Shown here: one piece after another, positions 24,401-38,098 of the stretch
Layout of the letters: each line of letters starts with the position of its first letter
Position numbering within the stretch: position 1 is the stretch's first letter
From: Hyphochytrium catenoides
Taxonomy: Eukaryota; Protista; Hyphochytriomycota
Assembly (NCBI GenBank): GCA_900088475.1
Contig: FLMG01001571.1
Location: forward strand, 1 to 41,238
DNA: 41,238 bases
Reading direction: 5' to 3'
Notes under the pieces: model-generated
Told to the model about the DNA's origin: nothing
Databases searched by the model: none
What the model saw: the letters and a program-made list of their open reading frames with translations, nothing else
Program-made: the position numbers and the translations under genes

Positions 24401-27400
24401 TCTGCTTAAGCCGGTGAGGTCTTGCGGGCTTAGATATATTCGACGCAAAGTTGTATGCCTAACCTTTTTTAACGGAATCCTGTCAACGCGTAGGTTTGTG
24501 GTTTCTTCATCACCATGAACCCGGGCTACGCGGGTCGGCAGGAACTCCCTGAGAACTTGAAGGCACTTTTTAGAGGTGTTGCGATGATGGTCCCGGATTT
24601 TGAGATCATTATGAAGGTTAGCCTTACGTGTGGATATCATGGGTCAATTCGAGAGGACGAGAGCAAGGGAGGTTGTGGTTCTAAGATCTACCCTGCAGGT
24701 GAAGCTTTGTTCCGTGGGCTACCAAGAATACGCTCTCCTGGCAAAGAAGTTCTTTATCCTGTACAACACGTGCAAGGAGCAGCTCTCCGCACAAAAGCAC
24801 TATGACTGGGGTCTGCGAAATATCTTGGCTGTCCTCCGAACAGCAGGTTAGTGCCGCTGCAATCGATGACGCTTACACAGAGAGAGCGAGAAGGGAATAG
24901 GAAGGTCAACATGGCCTGGGGGTGCAGACAAGCGTTGAGCAGCATCTGGTAGCGCAGTTGTCATTCGACAAACCATTCATATGTTTATCTCCTTACTCCC
25001 TCTAAAGGCAAAACTAAGCGCGACAACATCAACGAGCCAGAGGCAAAGCTGCTATTGCAGACTCTCAGAGATATGAACCTATCCAAGCTGGTCGCCCAGG
25101 ACGTGCCTTTGTTTCTCTCCCTCCTGTCAGATCTCTTCCCCTCAATCCCTTCACCAGCCAAGGGTCAGTACCCGGCGTTGGAAACGGCTTTGAACAAGGT
25201 ATTGTGGATTATTCTATTCCTCTGCTTGTAGCCTCCATTCCTTTTAGTAAAGCTGCCGCTTACCTCGCGCAGTGGCGTTAGTGGCTCTTGACTAACTGCT
25301 ATTTACGTTAACCCAATTGGTCCATGTATTTGCAATGCTCTGTGCCCGTATTCTTCTGCACCCTAACTGACTAAGCTCTTTCCTGGTCGTCACGTCACAC
25401 CCCGGATAGTAACCCTTTTGTCTATCATTACTTTTGCCGTTTAGACCATCGAGAGTCTGGGTCTCGTACATCATCCAGGTTGGCTCAACAAGGTGATCCA
25501 GTTTTACGAGACCACTCTTGTCAGGCATGGTATTATGCTTGTCGGACCGTCAGGAGGAGGAAAGACGAGGATCTTCGAGTGCTTGCAGCAGGCCCTCTCC
25601 GTCACTACCGAAATCACGCACAAACAGGCCCGCCTGAATCCTAAGGTGGGCTCACTCTGTACCCTATCTTCGCAAGGGCATTGTCCTTCATCTAGCTAAA
25701 CTTCTACTAAACCTTTCATGAACGATTTCTTCATAGTCCTTGTAGACGGCATTGGTGAATAGTCGACGAGATAAACCAGCTCACCACTTTGTTCACTTCT
25801 CCTTGCCAACTCTTCTTGCGATAGGCTATTCGTGCTCAGGAGATGTATGGAGAGGTGGATCCTCTATCGGGAGAGTGGACAACTGGTGTCTTTGCAGCCA
25901 TGTGGGCGAAATATAACAATAAGACGAACAAGTTCAACACGTGGATCATCTGTGATGGTCCTGTTGATGCCATATGGATTGAGGATCTTAACACGGTCCT
26001 CGATGATAATAAGATTCTAACGCTAGCTAACGGTGATCGGATACCTATGACGGATAATGTGAAGCTGATGTTTGAGGTGGAAACTCTTGTCAACGCTTCA
26101 CCCGCCACAGTGTCAAGAGCTGGTACGTTATAGAAGGCGATCCTGTTGCTTGCATCTCAGGCTCCATCTCCACTTCACACGCCTTGCATCTTCGGTTTAC
26201 GGGTTAAGCGTCTCAGTCCATAGTCATCAGTGGCGTTACCTAGCTTCTGCTGGTGAGGACTCTGCTTACTCCGTCTCATCACACCTTTGTCTTCATTTCC
26301 ATTAACAAAGGTATTGTCTTCGTCTCCGACACGGACCTGGACTGGGCACCAGTTGTCGAAGCTTGGATTCGCTCTCGAGTCCCAGCTCAGCAACCTATTT
26401 TGCGCGCTCTCTTCACTAAGTACTTAGGTGAAAATGGTACAGGTCACTTGATGGACTTCCTTAATCGGAACACCTCCCAGGTAAAAACTAGACACTCCTT
26501 GTCTCCTGAAGTTCCTAGAGACGTATCGTAGTACTCTCAATGTGGCCTAATGTTATCAGCTATGATGTTAGCTCTAAGTGGCGGACTTCCATTATTAACA
26601 ACCACTGAACACCACACGACAGGTGATGACCGTCACCAGGGTGAGCCAAGCTTCTCGCTTGTACTACCTGATCCAGGGGCTAACGGAAGGAGAAGGTGAG
26701 ATGACTCAGCACCCCGAATCTACCCTTCTTGTCATTCGTTGACAGATTCGCGATTTATAGGAGCTGCCACACTCAGTGATAATCCTGAAAAGCTAGCCAT
26801 TGAGCTTGAGAAGATCTTTCTTTACTCTCTCAGTTGGTCTCTAGGCGGCTTATTGGAACCAGAGGACAGAGTGAAATTCCACGAATACATAGCGAAATAT
26901 GACGACAAAAGTAGGGTTGCCAGTCATCTGAACTGCTCCTTTATTCTACTTTGTGCTGCTGCGATTTCCATAGCGTCTTGCCACTCATGCCATCTCCAGA
27001 TGCCATCTTCTTAGTGCGTGCAGGCGAAACAAATTTCCTTGGTCTACCTTCTCGAAGCTCGTTTTCCTTCGTACGGATAATAGCGACCTTGTCTCCTGCC
27101 TACTCCCTAATATTCCGCCATCCTGAAAGGAATTGACATCATCATTTATCACCACTTTGTCCCCTCTCTGACCCGCCGAATCTCTCTATCTCGTAACACG
27201 CAGACCTTATGCCTCGGGTGCAGGAGGGGGAGACAATCTACGAGTACTTTATTGAGCCCCAGAGCCTACAATGGAAGAAGTGGGTGCCGCCAGAATGGAA
27301 GTATCCGACACATTCAGGAGGAGCAGGAGGAAAGTTGGATTTCTCCAATCTTCTCGTTCCTACCATGGATAGCACCCGTGCTCTCTTCCTCATGCATCAT

Positions 27401-30400
27401 CTTCACAAGCAGCGCAAGCCCGTCCTCCTAGTAGGAGGTAGCGGAACCGCAAAAACATCATGCGCTAGGATGTTCTTTGCCACTCTTAACCCTGAGAAAA
27501 TGCTGGTACGGAGTGAAGAGCACGCTTACACTGTTTATTATCTCAGTTCGTATGTTGGCAGCACATCTCTTGTCTTCCCTCATTGAAGGTTGTTGATAAC
27601 TGATCGTCTAGACCTTTAACAATCTCCTTGCTGTCACTCAGGTCAAACTTATAAACTTCTCAAGTGCGACCACCCCTTTCATGTTCCAGTCTTCAGTGGA
27701 ACAGGAGTTGGACAAGAGAGGTTTGTGCTTAGCTCATGTTGACTGTCAATCACATAGATAGAGACTCAAGCCATCGCTTTCCTCGACCTTTTACCCATAT
27801 TTGGTCGCACCCCTAGGTGGCAAGAACTTTGGTCCGCCAAATGGCAAGCGGATGACTATATTTTTGGATGACCTCAGCATGCCCCTCGTCAATGCGTGGG
27901 GAGATCAGCCCACGCTTGAGATGGTAGGTTAGAGGACACCAAAGAACACCAATCGCTCTCTCATAATTATGCAAATCGTCGCAACTCTTGTTACCATACG
28001 TTCTCATCTCTTGGGGACTAATTGTGGGCTCCTTTCCTTCATTCTCACCAACCTCTTCAACCTCGATGCTTCTGTCAGGTCCGATTGATCATAGAGTTTG
28101 GAGGATTTTGCTTCTTGGATAAGGATAAAAGAGGAGACTTCAAGGTGTGCGAGGATCTTCAGTACCTGGCCGCCATGCAGCACCCGGGAGGAGGAAGGAA
28201 CGACATCCCAAATAGGCTGAAAAGGCAATTTTTCATTTTCAATCTCATCCTTCCATCGCTTACGTCCATCGATGATATCTATGGACAAATGCTAAAGGGA
28301 CGCTTCGCCTCTCTGGCTTCGACTCTTCCACAAGCGGTTGCCTCTTCTACTATGAAGAATGTCGGGCTGCTTACACGTGCCACAATCGATATCTGGCGAG
28401 GAATGAAACAGAAAATGCTCCCTACGCCCTCAAAGTTTCACTACGTCTTCAACATGAGAGAGCTGTCTAGGGTATTTCAAGGGGTCTTGCTTACTCCTCT
28501 GGAGACGTTCACCACTGGCGGTAAGGCCACGGATAGGGCTTTCGAGCACAATAGAGGAGAAGGGAATGTTCCATCACTTACTTGGCACTACAACATTCGC
28601 GTTTGTCCTTTATCCATACAGGTGGCATCCTAGCCTTAGAAAAAACTATCGAGCCGGTAGCTCCTCCAGAGCTGATAGTCAGGGTTTGGAAGCACGAGTG
28701 TGACAGAGTGTTTGGCGACAAACTGACCAACCACAAAGATAAAGCTACTTATGAAGACTTTGCCCACGCAGCAATTCATAACCACTTTCCGGAATATGAA
28801 GTTAGTATCTCCCATCATTTGACCTGATTCTTGCCCTCATCCTTAGTCATTCTGCCCTTGCCGCTGTCGCCAATTATCCAAAAATGCAGAGCAAGAGCAA
28901 CGACCCTCTCCACATGGTTAACTTCTTGAGGGACGACGTGTATGAGGACGGTGTGCTTGTTGAGCTGGCTCCCAAGGTTTATGAAGTAGGCGGATCTCTC
29001 GACGCAGTGAAGAAGAGAGTTCTCTCTTTTATGCAGAAGTACAATGAAACGTATCCGCAAAAGAAGCTGGTGGGTGTTCGCTTGATATCTCGGAAGCACA
29101 TGAGGACTCATACTTTGACTTTCAAGTTCTAGACGACATTCCGCTTACGTCATTCCTTTGTTCTATTGGGGGCATATCGTCTCTATCCTCACCTTTGCGT
29201 TGGCTGCTTTAAGGCATGACTGTTCCTAGTCCTAACAGCGCTAACGCAACCTTGCTCTAAACGTAGGAGCTCGTTCTTTTCAAAGATGCTCTGTACCATC
29301 TTCTGCGTATCTCTCGTTTGCTTGAGATGCCCCGCGGATCGGCTCTATTGGTTGGTGTCGGTGGCAGCGGCAAGCAGTCTCTCACGCGCCTAGCTGCCTT
29401 TATGGCCAACTCGTTCACCTTCCAGATCACTCTGACTAAGGTATGAAGGGTAGTGTTGAGAGAATAGGAGAGTTTTGAAGAGACGGCTATAACTCTTCGG
29501 CGCTTGTGAACTGCGTGCGCCTAAAGAGGACTCCCCCGATGGTTCCTAACAACACCATATGTCGTACATTAGACCTACAATATTAACTCACTGATGGATG
29601 ACTTGCGGGTGCTATATAAGAGTGCTGGCCATCAGAGGAAGAAGACAACTTTTATATTCACAGACTCTGAGATCAAGGATGAACAATTCCTGGAGTATAT
29701 CAACTCTATACTTCTCACAGGTAAGTTGAAGTGTACTGATTAGTCCTTACAGGACAGCTCTTACTGTTCCGTACTTTTGTCGTCAGTATACTCTGCTAAT
29801 CAATGTTCATCAAATCAGGCGAAGTCAGTGGTCTATTTCCAAAGGACGAGATCCTAGCAATGACGGCCGACCTGCGCACGTCCTTCCTTCAGCAAAGGCC
29901 TGGCCAGCCTGACACCCAGGCCAACCTGAAACAATTCTTTATTGATAACGTCAGGGATAACCTTCATGTCGTGCTTTGCATGTCGCCACTGAATGCAAAG
30001 GTCAGTAAACGAGTGGCACTGCCAGCGTTAGAATATCCCCAGACTTACTTATCCGATATTGACAGTTTCCGGAGAGAGCAAGGAAGTTCCCTGGGCTGAT
30101 TAGCGGTCCAACCATCGATTGGTTCCTGCCCTGGCCGGAAGAGGCGCTAGTGGCGGTATCTCAGGGTCTGATTGGGGATTTCAACATCGAGGTAAGTATT
30201 GAAGGCCGTACTTAAGGAGCTAGGCAACGACAACGTGACAAAGAAAGGCGCAAACTGACCCAATGAAAAGGGACTGAGAAGGATGCAAAGAGAGCGATTT
30301 AGAGCTGAGAGCATCACTCGATTCTTGTCCATAGTCATGAGCTCACCTTATTATGACTTGGTACCAATCTTCTCTTCTTCAGTGCGAGGACCATGTCAAG

Positions 30401-33400
30401 CACTCACTCATGCAGCACATGGGTATGGTCCACAAAATGGCGACAGAGCTCTGTGAAGATTACTTTTCGAAGATGCGGCGCTATGTCTATCAGACGCCCA
30501 AGAGCTACCTATCCTTCCTGCAAAGCTATAAACAAATGTATTCTGCTAAATTGGGCGAAGTTAAACAGAAGGAGCAGCGAGTTAATCTAGGGTTGAAGAA
30601 GTTGATACAGGTACCCCGTGCGTGTCTCACTTTCCGCTAGCGTCTTGCTCTCTCTATCTCCTATCGTACCCGTGCTGGCGGTTGTCCTTGTTTTCAGTCC
30701 TTCCATAACCATTGAGTCCTTGCTCTAGACAGCACCTCTATTCGTAGCATCTTTGGGTTCAGCCTCCAAGGTGGACATCATCCCGTCCGAGAGATGCCCA
30801 TATTTGTTACTCTGCGCAAATGTTTTCTTTAACTCAGGGAGCTCAAGACGTTGAAGCGATGAAGGTTATTCTGGTGGAAGAGGAGAAAAAGCTTCAGAAG
30901 GCCACTGCGGACACGAATCAAATGTTAGAAAGTTTGGAAGTGTCCTCAGCCCAAGCTAAGAAGGAGGGAGAACAAGTCGAGCAAATCAAGAAAAACTGCG
31001 AAAAGGATGCAGCTAGAATAGCGCAAGAAAAAGCGGCTTGCGAGGAAGATCTGGCCAAAGCGAAGCCTTTCGTCGATGAGGCAGAAACGGCCATCGACAG
31101 CATCAAGCCTGCTCATATTGGTACGCCCAAAAGCACCAATACCTGTTGTTCTCCGTCCACCGCCCTCAGCCCCTCTTCCAATCGTTGTCGCCCTGCTGCA
31201 GGTGAAATCAAGAAGCTTGCTAAGCCCGCCGACATCATTAAGCTGGTCTTTGATGGTGTGCTTATCCTGTTCAAGAACCCGTTGAATCCGATCAAGCCCA
31301 CCAAGCTAAATGTGGCTAAGAAGGAGGTCGAGTTCTTTGAGACATCTTTCGTGCCCTATGCCATGAGCATGATGGGCGACACCAACTTCTTGAAGAGGTA
31401 AACAAGAAAGAAAATAGATCGTAAGCAGATGGGCCTCAGACGTTAAAAGAGGAGGTGATGGCGGTGAGGCATGACATAGAGTTGTCACTCTTCACAAGAG
31501 AAGATAGGGATAAGAAACCGAACCTGCAGTCTCAATATTTTGCCTTCCCTGCTGTTACTCAATAGAATCCAAGACTTCGGAAAGTTTGACAAGGACAAGA
31601 TCAATGAAGAGACTATCGAATTCCTGCTGCCATACCTAGAGCTCGAAGGCTTCCTACCTGCCGTTGCCAAGAATGCTTCGGTTGCGGCAGAAGGTGAGGG
31701 AAATTCTATACTCTGCCATTAAGAAGAGGACTAGTAGTGGGACCGAGTAACAACAAAAAGTAAAGGATCGGAATACTGAGAAGTTTATACCTCTAGGTCT
31801 CTGCACTTGGGTCCGCGCAATGAAGTTCTATCACGAAGCTTCTAAGATTGTAAAGCCCAAACTTGAAGCTCTCGCAGTAGCAGAGTCCAGTATGGAAGCA
31901 GCAACCAAGGCACTTGCTGGTATGCACCTTGGTTTTTTCACGCAGGCGTGCGCTTATGGCATCTAGCTAACCTTTCTCACCTGAGTCTCATCTAATCAAG
32001 GTTTCTGACTTCCTCATCCGCTGCCTTTGCTCAATCAGCTGCTGAGGAAAGACTGCGAGGGTGTCAGCAAAGACTCTTCGAACTGCAAAGCCTTGTGGAC
32101 ACACAAATGGCAGAGAAAAGGAGAATAGAGGAGGGAGCCATGCAGTTGCAGAAGAAGATGCAGCAGGCCTCAGAGCTCATTGGCGGTCTGGCAGGAGAAA
32201 GAGAAAGATGGACGGAGGACAGCAATAACTTTGCCGACCTCAAGAAGAGGCTTGTGGGAGACTGCGCTGTTGCCTGTGCTTTTGTTTCATACAGTGGCCC
32301 CTTTAATCAGGTACATCTCATCTGGTTATCAGCGACATGATGCTACGGCTGCAATCTCTAGATCCTTATTGACCACGGGATGCCTGACTGCAATCACACA
32401 GTAGGACCCGTCCCAATTCATTTCTGACCACAGTGCGCCTGTGCTTTTCTTCCGATGCCGCCTTACTAGGTATTCCGCGATGCCATGATTGCAGACAAGT
32501 TCACAATGGACCTAGTGCAACGACAGGTGCCAGTAAGTGCCGGGCTAGATGTTATCAACTTCCTAGTAGATGTGGGTACGATCGGCGATTGGAATATCGA
32601 GGGCTTGCCAACAGATCCACTTTCAATTCAAAATGGTATCCTGGTCACTAGATCATCTAGGTACGACAAATAACCAACACCCCTCTACTCCTCCTTTCTT
32701 CACCTCATCGGCCCATAGTCCGGATCTGCTACGCAGACACGTCTTACCCTTCTTTCTACGTCTTGCTAAGTTAGTCTTTATACTAGGTACCCTCTCCTCG
32801 TGGACCCCCAAGGCCAAGCTCTGCTTTGGATTAAAAATAGAGAGAAGCAGCGAATGCCTTTCTTTGGATCCATTGCTATCAATGATCCCAAGCTCAAGGA
32901 TAGGCTGGAATCAGCGATGGCTGAGGGTAACGCTTTCGTCGTCACCGGCGTCGAGGAGGTAAGTCGAACTCTTTCTGCTCCTTGTACTTGGCCCACAATA
33001 GGGTCTGGCTTAGACCAGTATGAGTTCATAGTAGTGCCATTAAGTTCCTGCCGACCGCCTACATCAGTCGTTTACTCTGTCCGAGCCTTCCAGTGCATGT
33101 CGTTGTCTCTTTGACGTGACCTCTGTCCACTTTTCGATCTCTAGGAAATCGATCCGATGCTGGATCCTGTTCTTGAGAAGCAGATAATCACGAAGGGAAA
33201 GAAACAGTTCATCACTGTCAGCGACAAGAACATGGACTATAACCCTAAGTTCTCCATGTACTTCATTACCCGTCTGCCCAATCCCCACTTCTCGCCTGAG
33301 CTGCAAAGTAAGACGACGGTCGTTGACTTCACAGTCACCATCAAGGTGAGAATTGCTCGAAAGGAGGTCAACTGAAGCTAGCTCAAATAAACAGCCAGCT

Positions 33401-36400
33401 TGGACATGCCTCTTCGAGAGCTCCCAATTGAGGTCTTAGAATTGCGAGAATTGACAACTGACATTCAATCCCGTGTTAACCTTTACAGGGTCTTGAAGAG
33501 CAGTTGCTTGGCAAAGTCATTGGGAAGGAGCAGAAAGCTCTTGAGGATCAGCTAAGTCAAGTTCTAGAACAAGTCAATTCAAACACGAAGTCTTTGCTGC
33601 AGCTTGATGCCGACCTGCTGGGTGAGTGGGACTGTTCGTGCCATACACATATTCCATGTTCTGCATGATTGTCCCTGTCTCGTTCGTCACGCTTCAGGTC
33701 TCTTGAATGGAGCATCACTGTGACTCTACGGTCTCTAACCTCCTTCTGCACCTCCTCTTTCGTGCTTCCAATCCGATCCAGCGCGTCTCACATCGAATTC
33801 GGGCAACCTGCTGGACGACGAGGAGCTTATTGTAGTACTCGGGAACACCAAAGCCAAGGCAGCAGAGGTCAAAGAAAAGCTTATTGCTGCAGCGGAGACA
33901 AAGAAGAGCATTAGTGAGAAGAGAGAACAGTTCCGGCCTGTTGCTACACGTGGCTCTGTGCTGTACTTCTCCATAGTAGAGACATCTCTTATCAACTGCA
34001 TGTACCAGACCTCTCTGGATCAATTCCTCTCCCTCTTCTCTCGATCCATGGACTTGGCAGAGAAGGCTGCCCTTGCCTCTAAGAGGGTAGCCAACATTAT
34101 TGACACTATGACCTATATTACGTACCGCTATGTCAACCGAGGGCTCTACGAAAAGGACAAATTGACCTTCGTTCTGCTGCTCACTATGAAAATCCTCGTC
34201 ACTGCGTCCCTTCTCTCCTCGAAGGAGGTGATGCTTCTTCTGCGAGGAGGTGCGGCTCTGGACATCAACTTTGTTAAGAGGAAGCCATTTACATGGATCA
34301 GCAACGAGGCTTGGCTGAACGTCATAGAACTCTCTCAGAGTTGCAAGTTCTTTGCAAACTTACCGAACGAGATGACGGCAAACGAAGCAATGTGGAGGCG
34401 GTGGTACGAGGATAATGAGCCGGAACAGGTATGCTACGCGCCCGTCAATTGTGATACAGTGCGGCCTACCCAATCATGACCTTTCGCTCATCTTTTTACT
34501 CGCAGATGATCATTCCCGATTATGAGAACCGCTTGCAAGAAAACCTGGAAATTGGACCCTTTCTCAAGCTGCTTCTGGTCCGCTCCCTCCGTATGGACAG
34601 GACCATTCTGACGGCAAAGCAGTTCATCAAGAACACTCCTCAAATGGGGTTGCGCTATGTGGAGCCTGTGACCGACACCATTGACTCAATCGTAGCTGAG
34701 ATGGTTCCAGAGACACCAGTGATCTTCCTTCTTTCAATTGGAGCAGATCCTACTGAGAGTATAGAGACACTCGCAAGAAAGCAGAAGAAACCTCCACCAG
34801 CAGTCGTTTCTCTTGGAGAAGGTCAAGATCCTGTGGCTATCAAAGCCATGAACGCAGCTGCAGTGAATGGAACTTGGGTCTTGTTACAAAATTGTGAGCT
34901 TGGACTGGGTCTCATGGAACAAATGGAGGATATTCTCCATCAAATGAAGCCGTTGGATCCCTCCTTCCGTCTCTTTATCACCGCTCTTCCGTCTCCTGCG
35001 TTTCCGCTGGGACTTTTGCAGATGTCTACCAAGGTGACCAATGAGCCTCCTGCTGGTTTACAGGCAGGTCTGCTCAGGTCGTACACGGTGATGGTGGACC
35101 AAGAGAGGCTGGAGAGAGTCGAGACGACACAGTGGCGGCAGTTGGTCTTCAATCTTTGCTTCATCCACTCTTTAGTGCAGGAGAGACGGTAAGATTAGGG
35201 CGTTCGACTCAGTCTCTCCATCTGTCCTTCCGCGCATATGCAGCTCGTCTTTACTTTGGTTCCCCTATGATGGTTGCCCAATCTACCTCTCTGAATGCTA
35301 ATGTCTCATCCTCTGTCAACCGCGCGCCATCACCTCCAGCAAATTCGGTCCTCTGGGTTGGTGTATCCCCTACGAGTTCAACAATGGCGATTTGTCCGCC
35401 TGCATCATGTTCTTAGAGAAACATCTCTACAGTGGACCTATATCATGGCCCACGGTGCAGTACATGGTGGCTGAGGTTCAGGTGGGCTAACATTCAGCTC
35501 TAACGTCGCACTTCGGATCTACTTTGTTTATCAAAGCATGCTTCTTAACTCTGAACGTTCGTGCTACTGGCAATGTCAGTGTTGCTGTCTTTTAGCTGAA
35601 GTCTGTTGGAGACCTTTTTCACTACATTGGCAGCATCTTAACGTTGAATGTCTCTTCAATGCACTGACAGTATGGTGGAAAGATCACGGACAACCTAGAC
35701 CGGAGGATGTTTAATCTCTATGCCGAATCTTTCCTCTCGCCCGAGGTCTGCAGACCTGACTTCTCTTACAATCCGGCGGTCCCAATCTTCCGCCTACCTC
35801 AAGATTTTGTCTACAAGATTCCTTCGTCAGAGTCAATTGAGGACTACAGAGCCTACTGTGCAAGCTTCCCGGAGATTGATTCACCGGAAATATTTGGCTT
35901 GCATCCCAATGCAGACCTCACCTTCAGAGTGAAGGAAGTCAATTCAGTGCTAAACACGTTGAGCGCTACACAGCCCAAGGGTAGGATACCACGAGAATCC
36001 GAGCCAAGACACCTTGCGCTCATCCTCTTCTACTGTCCTGAATGTTACTTTACGCACCGAGTCTCTGTTATAGCATTTTGCTCACGCAAAGACCTGCCTC
36101 CGTTCTTCTTTTTAAACTGTAGGCGGAGGTGGAAGCGGCGGTGCGTCGCGCGAGGATGTGATATACGAAAAGGCAGCTGAACTTCTACAACGCCTACCGG
36201 AGGACTATAATGAGGATGACTATCGAGCGAAGCTCCAGCGCCTCGGTGGCCTAGCGATTCCTTTAAATATCTTCTTGTTCCAAGAGATCCAACGCCTTCA
36301 GAATGTAATTGGAAAGGTCCGAACAACGTGCCAGCAATTGCAGATGGCTATCAAGGGTGAGGTGGTCATGACCGCAGAGCTTCAAGTGACCCTTGACCAT

Positions 36401-37541
36401 ATATTCGACGCTAAGGTACGACAGCGATATAGTCAAGTAGGGTGGGGTTAGAAAAGATAAACATGATGGCGCCAGAGCTCTGTGCAGAGGTGCCTAAGGG
36501 AGGCTCTTACTTACTCTGATGTTTGTCATTGCATTAGGTCCCACCTTCTTGGGTTCGCACAGTTGCTGGTGATGAATTCTCCTGGATTCTTCCGACGCTG
36601 GGACTCTGGTTCTCCTCTCTCCTGGCCCGAGATGAACAGAATCGAACTTGGCTCAATACCAAGCGACCGAACTGCTTGTGGCTGTCTGGGTGAGCTAGAA
36701 GACCTGCTATCCTCGTCTGCAACTCCTCTGTCCAATTCAGATTAGTGCCCTGTCCGTGCCAGTTTGTCTTCCTCCCTTCATATCTGGTAATGACCTTGCT
36801 AACGTATCCCCACTTTTGATCTACTCTCTTTATTCAGCTTCTTCAATCCTCAAGGAATGCTTACCGCAATGAAGCAAGAAGTTACAAGGAAGCACAGGGC
36901 ACAGAACTGGGCCTTAGATGACGTCGTGTACCATACAGAAGTCACCTCTTTCGACCGAGTAGAGCAAGTACGTGGACCGCCTCAAGAGGGCGTTTACGTG
37001 CATGGGCTCTTCCTGGAAGGAGGAGCCTGGGCGAAGACGGAAAACTGCTTGGCCGAAAGTGAGCCCAAGAAGCTCTTCACCCCGGTAAGCAAAGGGGTCA
37101 CACTTGTCCCCTCGACTCCTCAGTCCCTAACGTATATTGTTTAAGTCATGGTCTTTCTCTTGGACGTTTGCCTTAGCATTTCAATTAGGCGCTCGCCCAT
37201 TCCAATCTCTCTACTTCCCCTGTGGCTTTCTCAGTCCAATATGCGCGTTATGGCATATCCAAGTGGTCTACCCTACTCAACTATCCGGGCTTAGTATAGC
37301 TTACCATCACCTTATCTTACAGCTCCCAGTGTTGCTGGTGACCGGCAATATCAAGACGGATGAGCAGAAGGCACGGAAGGAAGCTTATGGCCCTCAGGGT
37401 CCATACGACTGTCCGTGCTACAAGTACCCCAGCCGCACGGACCGGTACTTGGTCTTCTATGTCACGCTCAAGTGCCCAGCGGACAAAGGGCCAAGGCATT
37501 GGGGGCTAAGAAGTGTAGCGCTCCTTTGTAATACGGATTAG
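15464..37541 (+). CDS. Axonemal outer-arm dynein heavy chain, gamma type (Chlamydomonas ODA2 / animal DNAH5-DNAH8 class); complete, about 57 exons
   Basis: Tail motifs [27 protein letters not shown] and [14 protein letters not shown]-loops [24 protein letters not shown] (the TAKT variant typical of this class) and GVGGSGKQ. Stalk/MTBD, AAA5-6 and C-terminal [11 protein letters not shown] present. About 56 introns traced, all GT-AG and in phase. Confidence 0.96.
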
Positions 37542-38098
37542 AGTAGTGACTCCAGGTCCATATTGTTTGTCATACTTTAAAGCAGGCCGCCAAGGCGTGT
37601 CCTCTGGCAAAGAAAGTAGGCATGGGCACGGAGCGAAGAAGTCCTATAAGCATTGCTTAAATGTAGCATATTTTTTGGATAAAGTTATCTGTGGCACCGG
37701 ACAATCGCAGCCCGAGCTCTCTTTGAGGCTTTCAAGTAGAAAGAATAGCAAAGAGATGTTAATATAGGGTCCACATCAAAGCTAAACCGCTGCGACAGTA
37801 TATCATTTTATTATTGATCCAGCGGACAGGGATGAGTCACTTACAGTGGTCATCCCTAGGTGCATTCCTTCCCGCGCTACCTGCGTATGGGACGTATCCC
37901 AGATTGATGCTCCGATTTCGTCAGACCTCAAGGAGTGTGCGGCTAGTGACTGCTGTCAAAGGTGCCAGGCGCCGTAAAGTAGAGACGAAGCACCTGAGAC
38001 GAAAAACATCCCGCTACATGATGCCCGTGACAGACCTCGGCCCCAATTCAGCGTCTTCAAAGTAACTTTTTCCTCAGAAAGATTTAGTACACTTCAGC

